Shown: positions 54,758-64,000 of the stretch, one piece after another
How positions within the stretch are numbered: the first letter of the stretch is position 1
How the letters are laid out: each line of letters begins with the position of its first letter
Assembly: GCA_046290225.1 (NCBI GenBank)
Contig: JBKAGE010000034.1
Span: 343,598-407,597, forward strand
Direction: 5' to 3'
DNA from: Bradymonadia bacterium
GTDB lineage: Bacteria > Myxococcota_A > Bradymonadia > UBA7976 > UBA1532
Length of the DNA stretch: 64,000 bases
Notes under the pieces: generated by a model
Database searches by the model: none
What the model was told of the DNA's origin: nothing
What the model saw: only the letters and a program-made list of their open reading frames with translations
Translations under genes and position numbers: made by a program

Positions 54758-56047
54758 TCAGAGTTTGGCGGGGATCACCCTCAGCCCTTGGGCGTTGGGC
54801 ACATAGACCTGCCACTGTCCCTGAGCGTCCTGACCCAGAGCAGCGTTGAGCACAGGCTGCAATGTGGCGAGCTGCACCCGGCCAAAGCCTTCGGAGCCAG
54901 GTGAGACGGCGGAGACGGCCTTGTTGCCTCGGGCGAACAGCACGCGCTTGTTCCCCGCCAGCTCGATGTCGTCGATCTCGAAGAAGGTGAACTCTTCTGG
55001 CGATCGGGTCACCGCCTCCACCTTGATCTCCCCCTTCTCCACCCACGCCCGCTTCAGCTGCGCCTTGGCCTCTTTGCCGTAATTCGCCACCCAACCATCG
55101 GCGAAGTACAGGTAGGGGTGGGCATCACCGAACAGTTGAGCCACGACCACACTGCGTACGCCCTTGTCGGTGGGTACCTTCTGCAGACCCTTGCCCAGAT
55201 CGATCTTCAAATCGCCCGGCTCCCCCTTGGCGTCGCCGTAGACTCGGCCGATGGCCCGGTCCGTCGTGCCGTCTCCATCGATGTCACCAAAGGCCCAGGA
55301 CGACGCCATGCGGATCGGGGTCTCCGCAGCCTTCGCTGTGCCATCGGCTTCAATGTGGTGGGTGGTGACCATGTACTTGCTCTCGTAGTAGGTCACTGCG
55401 AGCTCAGGCTTGCCGTCTCGATCGACATCGGCGATGGACAGGTGGGCCACCTCGTTTCGAGGTCCGGCATGACGCCAGATGATCTCGCCCTTGCCCGTGG
55501 CGGGATCGAGGGCCTCGAGGGTGATGGGCGCGCCGAGATGACCCCGGCCGATGCCTCGAGCCACGTACAGCTTGCGACCCTGGCCGAAGTCACCGACGAC
55601 GACCTTCTGCACCACCCCCTGACCATCGACGGCCCAGAGGGGCTCGCCCTGACCCGATTTGCCTGGTGTTCGCGCCCACAGCCGACTGCCCTGTGCACCG
55701 AGGACGTGATCGATGCCTTCGGTGAGCTGAGCGACAAAGACCCGATCACAGGGTGGCCATGCACCACCCGCGGTCGATCCTGACGAAGCAGTGACAGGCT
55801 TTTGCGCCGCAATGGGGGTCGTCGGCGAGGTGGCCTGAGTGGTCTTGGCCGTATCCTTCGCAGTGCCAGTCTTCGCAGTACCAGTCTTCGCTGTGTCGGC
55901 CTGTGCAGCGCCCTTCTTCGAAGTCTCCTGGGCAGCAGAGGCCTTTGCCTGTGACTGAGTAGAGGGATCCGGCTTCACGTCAGAGGATTTGTCCCCCTGG
56001 CAGCCGGCCAGACCCAGAGCGACCACAGCACCCGCGATCAACTTCAT
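54758..56047 (-). CDS. FG-GAP-repeat lipoprotein
   Basis: lipobox LGLAGC; Thr/Lys-rich linker; FG-GAP-like calcium loops ([21 protein letters not shown]). Confidence 0.6.
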   Translation of the reverse strand: MKLIAGAVVALGLAGCQGDKSSDVKPDPSTQSQAKASAAQETSKKGAAQADTAKTGTAKTGTAKDTAKTTQATSPTTPIAAQKPVTASSGSTAGGAWPPCDRVFVAQLTEGIDHVLGAQGSRLWARTPGKSGQGEPLWAVDGQGVVQKVVVGDFGQGRKLYVARGIGRGHLGAPITLEALDPATGKGEIIWRHAGPRNEVAHLSIADVDRDGKPELAVTYYESKYMVTTHHIEADGTAKAAETPIRMASSWAFGDIDGDGTTDRAIGRVYGDAKGEPGDLKIDLGKGLQKVPTDKGVRSVVVAQLFGDAHPYLYFADGWVANYGKEAKAQLKRAWVEKGEIKVEAVTRSPEEFTFFEIDDIELAGNKRVLFARGNKAVSAVSPGSEGFGRVQLATLQPVLNAALGQDAQGQWQVYVPNAQGLRVIPAKL

Positions 56048-57189
56048 CGCTGAGACTCCATCATCTCGGTGAAGCGTGTGAAGAGGTAGTCCGCGTCATG
56101 GGGGCCGGGGCTTGCCTCGGGGTGGTACTGCACGCCGAAGATGGGCAGGCGCTCGTGGGCCAGCCCGGCCACCGTGTCGTCGTTCAGATTCACGTGACTC
56201 ACGATGGCGCCGTCCTCGAGGCCATCGGCGCTCACGGCGAAGCCGTGGTTCTGGCTGGTGATCTCCACCTTGCCGGTCTTGAGATCCTTCACGGGCTGGT
56301 TGCCGCCGCGGTGGCCGAACTTCAACTTGAAGGTCTGGGCGCCGAGGGCCCGGGAAAGCAGCTGATGCCCCAGGCAGATGCCGAAGATGGGTACCCCATT
56401 CTCGACGAGCTGCTTGATGGTGTCGACGGCGTAGTCCACCACCCCGGGATCACCAGGGCCATTGGACAAGAACACCCCATCGGGGCTGTGGGCCAGGATG
56501 GCCTCCGCCGAGGTCGTGGCAGGCACAACGGTGACGCTGCAGCCATGATCTACGAGCAGCCGCAGGATGTTGCGCTTCACCCCGAAGTCCATGGCCACCA
56601 CCTTGAAGGGGGTGTCGGGCTGAGGTGGCCGGGGCCGGGTGTGCTCCTCACCGAGCAGACGGGTCAGGCCCTCGCTCCAGGTGTAGGGCGCATCGCAGGT
56701 GACCTCGCGGACCAGATCGCGCCCCTGCATGGGGGGCTCGGCGGCCATCCGCTGCTGCAGCGCTTCGCTGGTGGTCTCGCCGGTGATGATAGACCCCTTC
56801 ATGGCGCCGTGTACGCGGATGCGTCGCACCAGGGCCCGGGTGTCGATGTCGTAGAGCCCCACGACGCCCGCGCGCCGCAAGTAGCTGTGCAGGCTGCTGG
56901 CGCTGCGCCAATTCGAGGGCGTCGGGCACGCATCGCGGACGATGAAGCCGGCCACCTGTACCTGACCACTCTCTACATCGGCGGGGTTTACCCCGTAGTT
57001 CCCGATGTGCGGGTAGGTCATGGTGACGATCTGCCCTCGATAGGACGGATCGGTCAGGATCTCCTGGTAGCCCGTCATCGAGGTGTTGAAGACCACCTCG
57101 CCAGCGGTCTCTCCAGTGGCGCCGAAGGCGTAGCCGTCGAAACGGGTGCCGTCTTCGAGGAGCAGGGCGGCAGGTTGAGGTCGGGTCAT
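56044..57189 (-). CDS. carA: carbamoyl-phosphate synthase small (glutamine amidotransferase) subunit
   Basis: CPSase small-chain N-domain plus class-I GATase motifs ([16 protein letters not shown]). Confidence 0.9.
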   Translation of the reverse strand: MTRPQPAALLLEDGTRFDGYAFGATGETAGEVVFNTSMTGYQEILTDPSYRGQIVTMTYPHIGNYGVNPADVESGQVQVAGFIVRDACPTPSNWRSASSLHSYLRRAGVVGLYDIDTRALVRRIRVHGAMKGSIITGETTSEALQQRMAAEPPMQGRDLVREVTCDAPYTWSEGLTRLLGEEHTRPRPPQPDTPFKVVAMDFGVKRNILRLLVDHGCSVTVVPATTSAEAILAHSPDGVFLSNGPGDPGVVDYAVDTIKQLVENGVPIFGICLGHQLLSRALGAQTFKLKFGHRGGNQPVKDLKTGKVEITSQNHGFAVSADGLEDGAIVSHVNLNDDTVAGLAHERLPIFGVQYHPEASPGPHDADYLFTRFTEMMESQR

Positions 57190-57236
57190 CGGTCACTCCT
57201 GGCGTTGAGTGATTCTGGGTTGTAAGGGCGATGGCC

Positions 57237-58118
57237 TCAGTTGTCATCAACGATCTGCGCGAGGTCCTCTATATCAGGCACCCCGTGCACCGCTCGGAAC
57301 ATGCGCGACCAGCGCATCGAGTCCCAGAATTCCCACATGTTCGAGGTGGACTTCACGCTCAGCCCGATGAAGAGCGCCTTGCCGATGATGTTCTCCTCGG
57401 GCACGAGTCCCCAGGCGCGAGAGTCGAGGGAGAAGTCCCGGTTGTCGCCCATGACCATCACGTACCCCTCGGGGATCTGCCACGGAAACGCCGGCATGGT
57501 GTCCGCCTCGGCCTGGCCGAGGGGATCTCCGGCTCGACAGTGGTTCACCGTGGCCCCCACGGGCCAGATGTGAGGCGCCTGCTCCGGGCGCCATCCGCGC
57601 AGCTGAGCCTGGCTGTCGCTCTCGCCGTGGTGCAGGGTCATGAAGGTCTCGTCACCGATCGTGGCCAGGTACATGTGTGGGGTGCCTCCGAGCCTGAAAG
57701 ATGCTTCGACCTCCTCCCCGGTCACGTACTGCCCCTGAGCCCGGAAATGATCGATGGCCCGCTCGCGCACAGGCTCACCGTTGATCGCGACAAACCCCTT
57801 CCCGGCGTGGGTAAAGGTCTCCGGCCCGATCACGTCGATCCGATCCCCCGGGAGGGCCATGATGCGTTTGACGAAGTGTCGTTCGGCGTTGCAGGGGTCG
57901 TCGAAGATCACCACATCGCCTCGAGCGGGGGCACCACCAAAGCTGTATGCGAATCGATTGACCAGGACGAAGTCACCGATGACGACGGTGGGGGTCATCG
58001 AGCTCGACGACACATCATAGGACTCGAGATAGACCAGCAAACCCAGCAGCAACGACAACAACCCCGAGACCCTCAGGGCTCGATAGATCGCGGCTCTGCC
58101 TCTGGATTGCCGGGCCAT
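57237..58118 (-). CDS. lepB: signal peptidase I
   Basis: SPase I boxes: SSSMTPT (Ser), FVKRIMALPGD (Lys), GDNRDFSLDSRAWG. Confidence 0.85.
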   Translation of the reverse strand: MARQSRGRAAIYRALRVSGLLSLLLGLLVYLESYDVSSSSMTPTVVIGDFVLVNRFAYSFGGAPARGDVVIFDDPCNAERHFVKRIMALPGDRIDVIGPETFTHAGKGFVAINGEPVRERAIDHFRAQGQYVTGEEVEASFRLGGTPHMYLATIGDETFMTLHHGESDSQAQLRGWRPEQAPHIWPVGATVNHCRAGDPLGQAEADTMPAFPWQIPEGYVMVMGDNRDFSLDSRAWGLVPEENIIGKALFIGLSVKSTSNMWEFWDSMRWSRMFRAVHGVPDIEDLAQIVDDN

Positions 58119-58189
58119 CGCACCTTCCAGATGAGTTCATGCGCCTTGAAAGGACTTCTCAAGGACATACCCCATCCATGGTCAGCGCA

Positions 58190-59533
58190 TCACCCTCTAT
58201 CGCTCAAGAGTTGACCGGGCATGTGCTCGACGGCCGAATAGACCACCTCACCATCGATGATGGTGCTGTGCACCACACCGGGGAGCGTCTGACCAATGAG
58301 GGGGGTGTTCTTGCTCCGGCCCACGAGGGTGTCCTTGCTCACGGACCACCGTGCGCCAGCGTCCACCACCACGACGTCGGCGCGCCTGCCCGGAGACAGC
58401 GTGCCGCTCTGCTCACCGATGATCTGCGCTGGGGCAGCGGTGAGGGCCGCGAGGGCGTGATGGAGCCCGAAGGCCCCGGCCTCCACCTGAGCCAGGGTTT
58501 GGCTGAGCAGCGTCTCCAACCCTGCGATCCCCGGCTCGGCGAGTTCGAACTCCACCTCTTTTTCTACGGGGCTCTGGGGTCGATGACCGCTGCTGATGGC
58601 GGTGATCACGCCTGAAGCGATGCCGGCGTTGAGCGCGCTGCGATCTGCCACTCCTCTGAGAGGTGGCCGCACCCGCAAGCAGCTGTCATAGCGCTCCGCG
58701 ATGGCCTCGTCGACGAGCTGCAGATGCATGGCGGTCACGGCACAGGTGACAGGCAGACCTTCACTCTGGGCTCTGCCCAAGGCTTCCACCGCGCCGGCGG
58801 TGCTGATGGGACCGATGTGGATCGGGCACCCGGTGAGGCGCGCCAGGGCGATGGCCCTGTCCACGGCGATGCGCTCGGCCGCTTCAGGCACGCCCCGCAG
58901 GCCGAGGCGAGTGGCTACAGGGCCCTCGTGCATGACCGCCGCTCGGGCGAGGCCCCGCTCTTCGGGCCATTCGAAGACCGGTCGACCGACAGCCCGGGCA
59001 TATTCCATGGCCCGCCGGAGCAGGCTGGCGTCGGCGAGGGCGGTGTCCCCTTCTCCGAACGCCACGGCACCGCCATCTCGGAGATCGAACATATCGGTGA
59101 GATGATCGCCTCGTCGCCCCCGTGTGAGGGTGGCCATGGGCAATACACGCACCGGGGTGATCTCAGCGGCTCGACGGATGATGAACTCGGTGATGGCCCG
59201 AGCATCGTTCACCGGCTCGGTGTCCGGGGCGGCCACGAGCGTGGTCACGCCGCCATGGGCAGCAGCCCGACCGGCGCTCGCCAGATCTTCTTTGTGTTCG
59301 AAGCCAGGCTCACCCAGGTGGGCGTGCAAATCGACCAGGCCGGGGATCACCAGAGATCCCGTGGCGTCGATGATCTGATCGTGATCGCCAGGTGTCGCGG
59401 GCTCGGGGCTTACCGCCTCGATGCGCCCATCCTGGATGATGAGGGTGGCATGGGCGTCGATGCCACTCGCCGGGCAAATCACCCGGCCACCGCTCACCCA
59501 GCGTCTCTCGGTGCCCGCCTCGAACTGACCCAT
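58190..59533 (-). CDS. pyrC: dihydroorotase (pyrB-associated type)
   Basis: amidohydrolase metal motifs LVDLHAHLGEPG, ...HA; positioned directly after pyrB; start at internal Met (MGQFEAG), about 23-nt overlap with pyrB. Confidence 0.75.
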   Translation of the reverse strand: MGQFEAGTERRWVSGGRVICPASGIDAHATLIIQDGRIEAVSPEPATPGDHDQIIDATGSLVIPGLVDLHAHLGEPGFEHKEDLASAGRAAAHGGVTTLVAAPDTEPVNDARAITEFIIRRAAEITPVRVLPMATLTRGRRGDHLTDMFDLRDGGAVAFGEGDTALADASLLRRAMEYARAVGRPVFEWPEERGLARAAVMHEGPVATRLGLRGVPEAAERIAVDRAIALARLTGCPIHIGPISTAGAVEALGRAQSEGLPVTCAVTAMHLQLVDEAIAERYDSCLRVRPPLRGVADRSALNAGIASGVITAISSGHRPQSPVEKEVEFELAEPGIAGLETLLSQTLAQVEAGAFGLHHALAALTAAPAQIIGEQSGTLSPGRRADVVVVDAGARWSVSKDTLVGRSKNTPLIGQTLPGVVHSTIIDGEVVYSAVEHMPGQLLSDRG

Positions 59534-59552
59534 GCAGGCTGCTCCTGTTGCC

Positions 59553-60488
59553 TCACCCGGCAAGCTCGGGGCCTCCGGCGCCGCCGCCGGCACAGTGGTA
59601 GAGCACCGCCATGCGCACAGCCAGCCCGTTGGCCACCTGGTCCAAGATGATCGACTGGTGGCCGTCGGCCACCTCGGGGGCGATTTCCACCCCGCGGTTG
59701 ATGGGCCCGGGGTGCATGACCCAACAGCCGGGCCGCGCCCGCTTGAGGGCTGCGAGGTCGAGACCATACCGCTGGCTGTACTCCCGATCGCTGGGAAACA
59801 GCTCCTCGTCGAGGCGCTCCTTCTGGATGCGCAGCATCATGATCACGTGGGCGCCATCGATGGCCTCGTCTCGATCGAAGGTGGCCGTGCAGCCGAGCTG
59901 CTCCACGCCGATGGGCACCATGGTGGGCGGTCCGCACACCACCACCTCGGCGCCGAGCTTGCTCAAAGCCGAGATGCCCGAGCGCGCCACCCGGCTATGG
60001 GCGATGTCGCCGATGATGGCCACCTTGTGGCCCTCGAAACTCTGCAACCGCTGCTTGATCGTAAGGCAGTCGAGCAGCCCCTGGGTGGGATGCTCGTGGG
60101 CGCCGTCCCCCGCGTTGACGATGGCGGCGTGCGTATGCTCTGCGAGCAACAGCGGTGCCCCGGCCTGCCGGTGACGCATGACGATGATGTCGGGGGCCAG
60201 GGCGTTGAGCGTACGGGCGGTGTCGACGAGGGTCTCCCCCTTCACCAGGCTGCTCGATCCCCCCGAGATGTTCATCGTGTCGGCGCTGAGACGTTTGGCG
60301 GCGAGTTCGAATGACGTGCGGGTCCGGGTCGATGCTTCGAGGAAGAGGTTGATCACCGTCTTGCCCCGCAGCGTGGGCACCTTCTTGATGGCCCGCTGGC
60401 TCACCTCGCCAAAGGCCTCGGCGAGGCTGAGTAGGTGCCTGATCTCGTCGGCGCTCAGAGAGGCGAGGTCGATCAGATGTCGCCGCAT
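59553..60488 (-). CDS. pyrB: aspartate carbamoyltransferase catalytic subunit
   Basis: STRTR carbamoyl-phosphate motif, HPTQ, HxLP-type aspartate-binding region. Confidence 0.9.
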   Translation of the reverse strand: MRRHLIDLASLSADEIRHLLSLAEAFGEVSQRAIKKVPTLRGKTVINLFLEASTRTRTSFELAAKRLSADTMNISGGSSSLVKGETLVDTARTLNALAPDIIVMRHRQAGAPLLLAEHTHAAIVNAGDGAHEHPTQGLLDCLTIKQRLQSFEGHKVAIIGDIAHSRVARSGISALSKLGAEVVVCGPPTMVPIGVEQLGCTATFDRDEAIDGAHVIMMLRIQKERLDEELFPSDREYSQRYGLDLAALKRARPGCWVMHPGPINRGVEIAPEVADGHQSIILDQVANGLAVRMAVLYHCAGGGAGGPELAG

Positions 60489-60489
60489 G

Positions 60490-61077
60490 TCAGGCCTCCT
60501 GGCGCTCGGGCCACTTGTGCAACAGCACCTCGTCGGTGCCGTCGATCTCGGCGAGCTTCACCTGGATCGACTCGTCTCGCGCCGTGTCGACGGCGAGGCC
60601 AGTGTAGTCCGCAGCCACGGGCAACTCACGGTGGCCGCGATCGACGAGGACCGCGAGCTGGATCCGCCGGGGCCGGCCCCAGTCCATGAGGGCGTCCAGG
60701 GCAGCCTTCACCGTGCGGCCAGTGTAGAGCACATCGTCGACGAGCACGATTTGCCGATCACCGACCTCGAAGGGCAGATGAGTGGGCCCCACCTCGGGGG
60801 TGGCCAGGCCCGTGAACACGTCATCGCGATAGAGCGTGATGTCGAGCTCGCCCACGGGGACCTCGACGCCCTCCTGCTGTTGCAGCAGCTTTTGCAGGCG
60901 GTTGGCGAGGGGCACGCCACGGGTGCGCACGCCCACGAGGGCCACGTCTTCCACGCCATGGTTCTGTTCGATGATCTCGAAGGTGAGCCGCTGCAGCGCC
61001 CGGCGCAGGGCCACGGGATCGAGGATCACCCGCGATCGTGCCTCGCCGATGAGGGGCAGCTGATCACGATCAGACAT
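60490..61077 (-). CDS. pyrR: bifunctional pyrimidine operon regulator / uracil phosphoribosyltransferase PyrR
   Basis: PRTase motif [12 protein letters not shown]; PyrR-specific N-terminal region; start at internal Met (MSDRDQL), because the upstream ~59 aa of the track ORF are Gly/Ser/Thr-rich non-coding-looking sequence. Confidence 0.8.
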   Translation of the reverse strand: MSDRDQLPLIGEARSRVILDPVALRRALQRLTFEIIEQNHGVEDVALVGVRTRGVPLANRLQKLLQQQEGVEVPVGELDITLYRDDVFTGLATPEVGPTHLPFEVGDRQIVLVDDVLYTGRTVKAALDALMDWGRPRRIQLAVLVDRGHRELPVAADYTGLAVDTARDESIQVKLAEIDGTDEVLLHKWPERQEA

Positions 61078-62179
61078 CGTCGGCATCCTCGTGCACGAGG
61101 TGACCCAGGCGGTGCCACCTGATCTTGTTCCAGAACTCGCCCCAGTCAGCGGTGCGATCCCAGCTGAGCCAGATGAACAAAGCCCGGCCCTTGATGTTGG
61201 CCATCGGCACCAACCCCCAGACCCGGGAGTCGCTGGAGTTGTCGCGGTTGTCACCCATGACCATCACGTGGCCCTCGGGGATCTTCCAGGGGAACGAAGG
61301 CAAGCGGGCGCCGGCCTGCACAGTGTCTTCTGGCTGATGGCAGACGTTCTTGGGTACCTCGGCGGGCCAGAGGTTCCAGTCGTAGGGCTCCTGGTTGGCC
61401 CGACGCCCGACGAGCTGCTCTTCGTCTTTGAAGGAGGTCCGGTGCAGGGTGGTGAGGGCCCAGTCCCCCATCACGCTGCGGTAGGCGTGGGTGGGGTTGC
61501 CGAACATCTGCTCTTTGGCCGTCTCGTCGGGGGTGGCGAAGGCGGGGTATGCCTCAAAAGGCCCCTGGCTGTCTTCCATCACGGGCTTGTCGTTCACCAC
61601 GAGGCTGCCAGGGATGAAGAACGGCCCACGGGGGCCGGTGATGTCCACCACGTCACCGGGCACGGCCACCACCCGCTTGATGAAGTCCTGGGGCGGGTTG
61701 CACGGATACGAGAACACGATCACGTCGCCCTTGCTGGGCTGATCCCACTCCACAAGCAGCTTGTTGGTGAAGGGCACCCGCATGCCGTACGACAGCTTGT
61801 TCACGAAGAGGAAGTCACCCACGGCGAGGGTGGGGATCATCGAGCCTGAAGGGATCGTGAAGGCCTCGATGATGAAGGCTCGCAGGATCAAGGCGATGAC
61901 GATGGCCAGACCGATGGACTCGGCATACTCGCGGGTCTGGCTCTTGCCCACCCCGGCCATGTGATCTTCCACGGCCTTGTCGAGGGCCTTGAGGGCATCC
62001 CAGATGGCCTTGACGCTCTCGCCCTCCACCGCAGTCTGGAGTGTGTCTGCGGCCCCTTTGACCTCTGCCCGGCGAGCAGGATCGATGGTGTGACCGTACT
62101 TCTTGAGGCGAGCACGGATCTCTTTGAGGGCGGGGGCGGCGCGCTTGCGCGCTTTCTTCAGGTTCGCGGTATCGGACAC
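61070..62179 (-). CDS. lepB: signal peptidase I (second copy, long N-terminal cytoplasmic/TM extension)
   Basis: TM IGLAIVIALILRAFIIEAF; SGSMIPT, FIKRVVAVPGD, GDNRDNSSDSRVWG. Confidence 0.85.
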   Translation of the reverse strand: MSDTANLKKARKRAAPALKEIRARLKKYGHTIDPARRAEVKGAADTLQTAVEGESVKAIWDALKALDKAVEDHMAGVGKSQTREYAESIGLAIVIALILRAFIIEAFTIPSGSMIPTLAVGDFLFVNKLSYGMRVPFTNKLLVEWDQPSKGDVIVFSYPCNPPQDFIKRVVAVPGDVVDITGPRGPFFIPGSLVVNDKPVMEDSQGPFEAYPAFATPDETAKEQMFGNPTHAYRSVMGDWALTTLHRTSFKDEEQLVGRRANQEPYDWNLWPAEVPKNVCHQPEDTVQAGARLPSFPWKIPEGHVMVMGDNRDNSSDSRVWGLVPMANIKGRALFIWLSWDRTADWGEFWNKIRWHRLGHLVHEDADDV

Positions 62180-62186
62180 GCTGTTG

Positions 62187-63983
62187 TCAATCCGTCTTCA
62201 AGACCGCCAAGAATGCCTCTTGGGGGATCTCGACGTTGCCCACCTGCTTCATCCGCTTCTTACCCGCCTTCTGCTTCTCGAGCAGCTTGCGCTTGCGGCT
62301 GATGTCGCCACCGTAGCACTTGGCGGTGACGTCTTTTCGCAGGGCCCGGACGGTCTCCCGGGAGATGATCTTGTTGCCGATGGCCGCCTGAATGGCCACC
62401 TCGTACTGCTGACGATCGATGACCTTGCGCAAACGCTCGCACAGGCCCTTGCCACGCTCGTAAGCCCGATCGCGGTGCACGATGATCGAGAGCGCGTCGA
62501 CATTGTCGCCGTTCACCTTCACATCGAGCTTCACGAGGTTCGAGGCCCGATAACCGGACATGGCATATTCCAAGCTGGCGTACCCCTTCGACACGCTCTT
62601 GAGGCGGTCGAAGAAGTCGAAGACCACCTCGGCGAGGGGCAACTCGTAGGTGATGAGCATGCGCCGGGTGCCTGAGTAGCCGAGCTCCTTCTGCATGCCC
62701 CGGCGCTCCTCGCACAACTTGAGCACCGGCCCGCAGTATTCGGTGGGCACGTGGATCGTCGCCGTGATGTACGGCTCTCTGATCTCACCGATGTGCTGCA
62801 CCTCGGGCAGGTGGGCGGGGTTGTCGATGCGCAGCTCTTCACCTTCGGTGGTGGTGACCTCGTACACCACCGTAGGTGCGGTGGTGATGAGATCCATGTT
62901 GAACTCGCGCTCGAGGCGCTCCTGCACGATCTCGAGGTGCAGCAGCCCGAGGAAGCCACACCGAAAGCCGAAGCCCAGGGCGGCGGAGTTCTCCATCTCG
63001 AAGGAGAAGGCGGCGTCGTTGAGGCGCAGCTTCTCGAGGGCCTCGCGGAGCATCTCGTAATCTGAAGAGATCACGGGGAACAACCCGGAGAACACCATGG
63101 GGTTCACCTCTTTGAACCCCGAGAGCGGCTCCAGCTCGTGCTTGAGCGCGGCGTCGACGATGGTGTCACCGACCTTGGCGTGGCGCACCTCTTTGATATT
63201 GGCCACCACGAAGCCCACGTCGCCGGCCACCATCTCCTTGAGGGAGACGGCGCCGGGGGTGAAGGCGCCAACCTCGAGCACGTCGTAGGTCTGGTTGGTG
63301 GCCTTCATGTGGATCTTGGAGCCCTTCTTCATGCACCCGTCAACGACGCGGACGAGCATGATCACCCCCCGGTAGTTGTCGTACCAGGAGTCGAAGATGA
63401 GGGCCCGCAGGGGCTTCTCGTCATTGTCGTCGGGCGGTGGGATCCACTCGACGATGGCCTCGAGGACCTCTTCGACGTTGAGCCCCGTCTTGGCGCTGAT
63501 GGCCACAGCGTTGCTGGTGTCGAGGCCGATGACGTCCTCGATCTCCTCGCTCACCCGCTCCACGTCGGCGGCGGGCAGGTCAACCTTGTTGAGCACCGGC
63601 ACCAGCTCGAGATCCTGATCGAGGGCCAGGTACACGTTGGCCAGCGTCTGGGCTTCGACCCCCTGAGAGGCGTCCACCACGAGCAGCGCGCCCTCACAGG
63701 CGGCGAGGCTGCGGGAGACCTCATAGGTGAAGTCCACGTGTCCAGGGGTATCGATCAAGTTGAAGGCGTATGTCTCGCCGTCCCGAGCGGTGTAGTTGAG
63801 GCGCACCGCCTGGGCCTTGATCGTGATGCCACGCTCCCGTTCGAGGTCCATGGAATCGAGCAATTGCTCACGCTCTTCTCGAGCGCTCACCGAGCCGGTG
63901 AGGCTGAGGATGCGGTCGGCCAGGGTGGACTTCCCGTGGTCGATGTGAGCAATGATCGCGAAATTACGTACTTTTTTGGCCAT
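62187..63983 (-). CDS. lepA: elongation factor 4 (LepA)
   Basis: GTPase motifs [21 protein letters not shown]; LepA-specific C-terminal domain; classic lepA-lepB arrangement. Confidence 0.95.
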   Translation of the reverse strand: MAKKVRNFAIIAHIDHGKSTLADRILSLTGSVSAREEREQLLDSMDLERERGITIKAQAVRLNYTARDGETYAFNLIDTPGHVDFTYEVSRSLAACEGALLVVDASQGVEAQTLANVYLALDQDLELVPVLNKVDLPAADVERVSEEIEDVIGLDTSNAVAISAKTGLNVEEVLEAIVEWIPPPDDNDEKPLRALIFDSWYDNYRGVIMLVRVVDGCMKKGSKIHMKATNQTYDVLEVGAFTPGAVSLKEMVAGDVGFVVANIKEVRHAKVGDTIVDAALKHELEPLSGFKEVNPMVFSGLFPVISSDYEMLREALEKLRLNDAAFSFEMENSAALGFGFRCGFLGLLHLEIVQERLEREFNMDLITTAPTVVYEVTTTEGEELRIDNPAHLPEVQHIGEIREPYITATIHVPTEYCGPVLKLCEERRGMQKELGYSGTRRMLITYELPLAEVVFDFFDRLKSVSKGYASLEYAMSGYRASNLVKLDVKVNGDNVDALSIIVHRDRAYERGKGLCERLRKVIDRQQYEVAIQAAIGNKIISRETVRALRKDVTAKCYGGDISRKRKLLEKQKAGKKRMKQVGNVEIPQEAFLAVLKTD

Positions 63984-64000
63984 ATGGCGGGGTGCTTTCC

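Noticed and set aside
53749-61849. Plus-strand ORFs 53749..54621, 56098..57225, 58724..59650, 59532..60314, 60178..61122 and 61091..61849
   Set aside because: All antisense to well-supported housekeeping genes (lipoprotein, carA, pyrC, pyrB, pyrR, lepB).

Overview
High-GC (roughly 65-70%) bacterial chromosomal segment with a Myxococcota-like gene repertoire: three eukaryotic-like Ser/Thr kinases (one with a PEGA-type C-terminal domain), an FHA-GAF-sigma54 activator, PrkA, and many lipoproteins with LxxC lipoboxes. About 57 protein genes are supportable. Many of the long ORFs in the six-frame track are antisense artefacts of the high GC content and are rejected below. Housekeeping blocks are lepA-lepB and pyrR-pyrB-pyrC-lepB-carA at the 3' end, tdk-hpt, trmL, and a moaD/moaE fusion. 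The most unusual region is 30.9-34.2 kb. A sigma54-type -24/-12 promoter is followed by three tRNA-like genes (intact acceptor, D and T arms) that carry a 40-50 nt insertion at the anticodon arm. Two canonical tRNA-Pro genes (UGG, CGG) follow, then three copies of a structured ~100-bp repeat and two stand-alone copies of the same conserved ~30-nt motif found in the tRNA insertions. All of this lies directly upstream, on the same strand, of a TROVE-domain plus vWA (MIDAS) Ro60/Rsr homologue. I interpret it as a candidate Ro/Y-RNA (tRNA-mimic) locus in an unusual, tRNA-embedded configuration. Other notable items: a ~730-bp imperfect palindrome with an AT-rich core (MITE-like); a RelA/SpoT-domain protein with a diverged catalytic motif, preceded by an unannotated 52-aa membrane peptide gene; an isochorismatase fused to an AlkB-like 2OG-Fe(II) oxygenase next to a GST; a caspase-family (C14) protein translationally coupled to a small secreted protein and an ECF sigma/anti-sigma pair; a lipoprotein with seven CxxCH heme motifs fused to TPR repeats; and a low-GC island carrying a Lys-rich secreted protein and an OsmC-like gene. 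Coordinates of internal start codons were derived from the ORF-track coordinates plus residue index and carry a 1-3 nt uncertainty.
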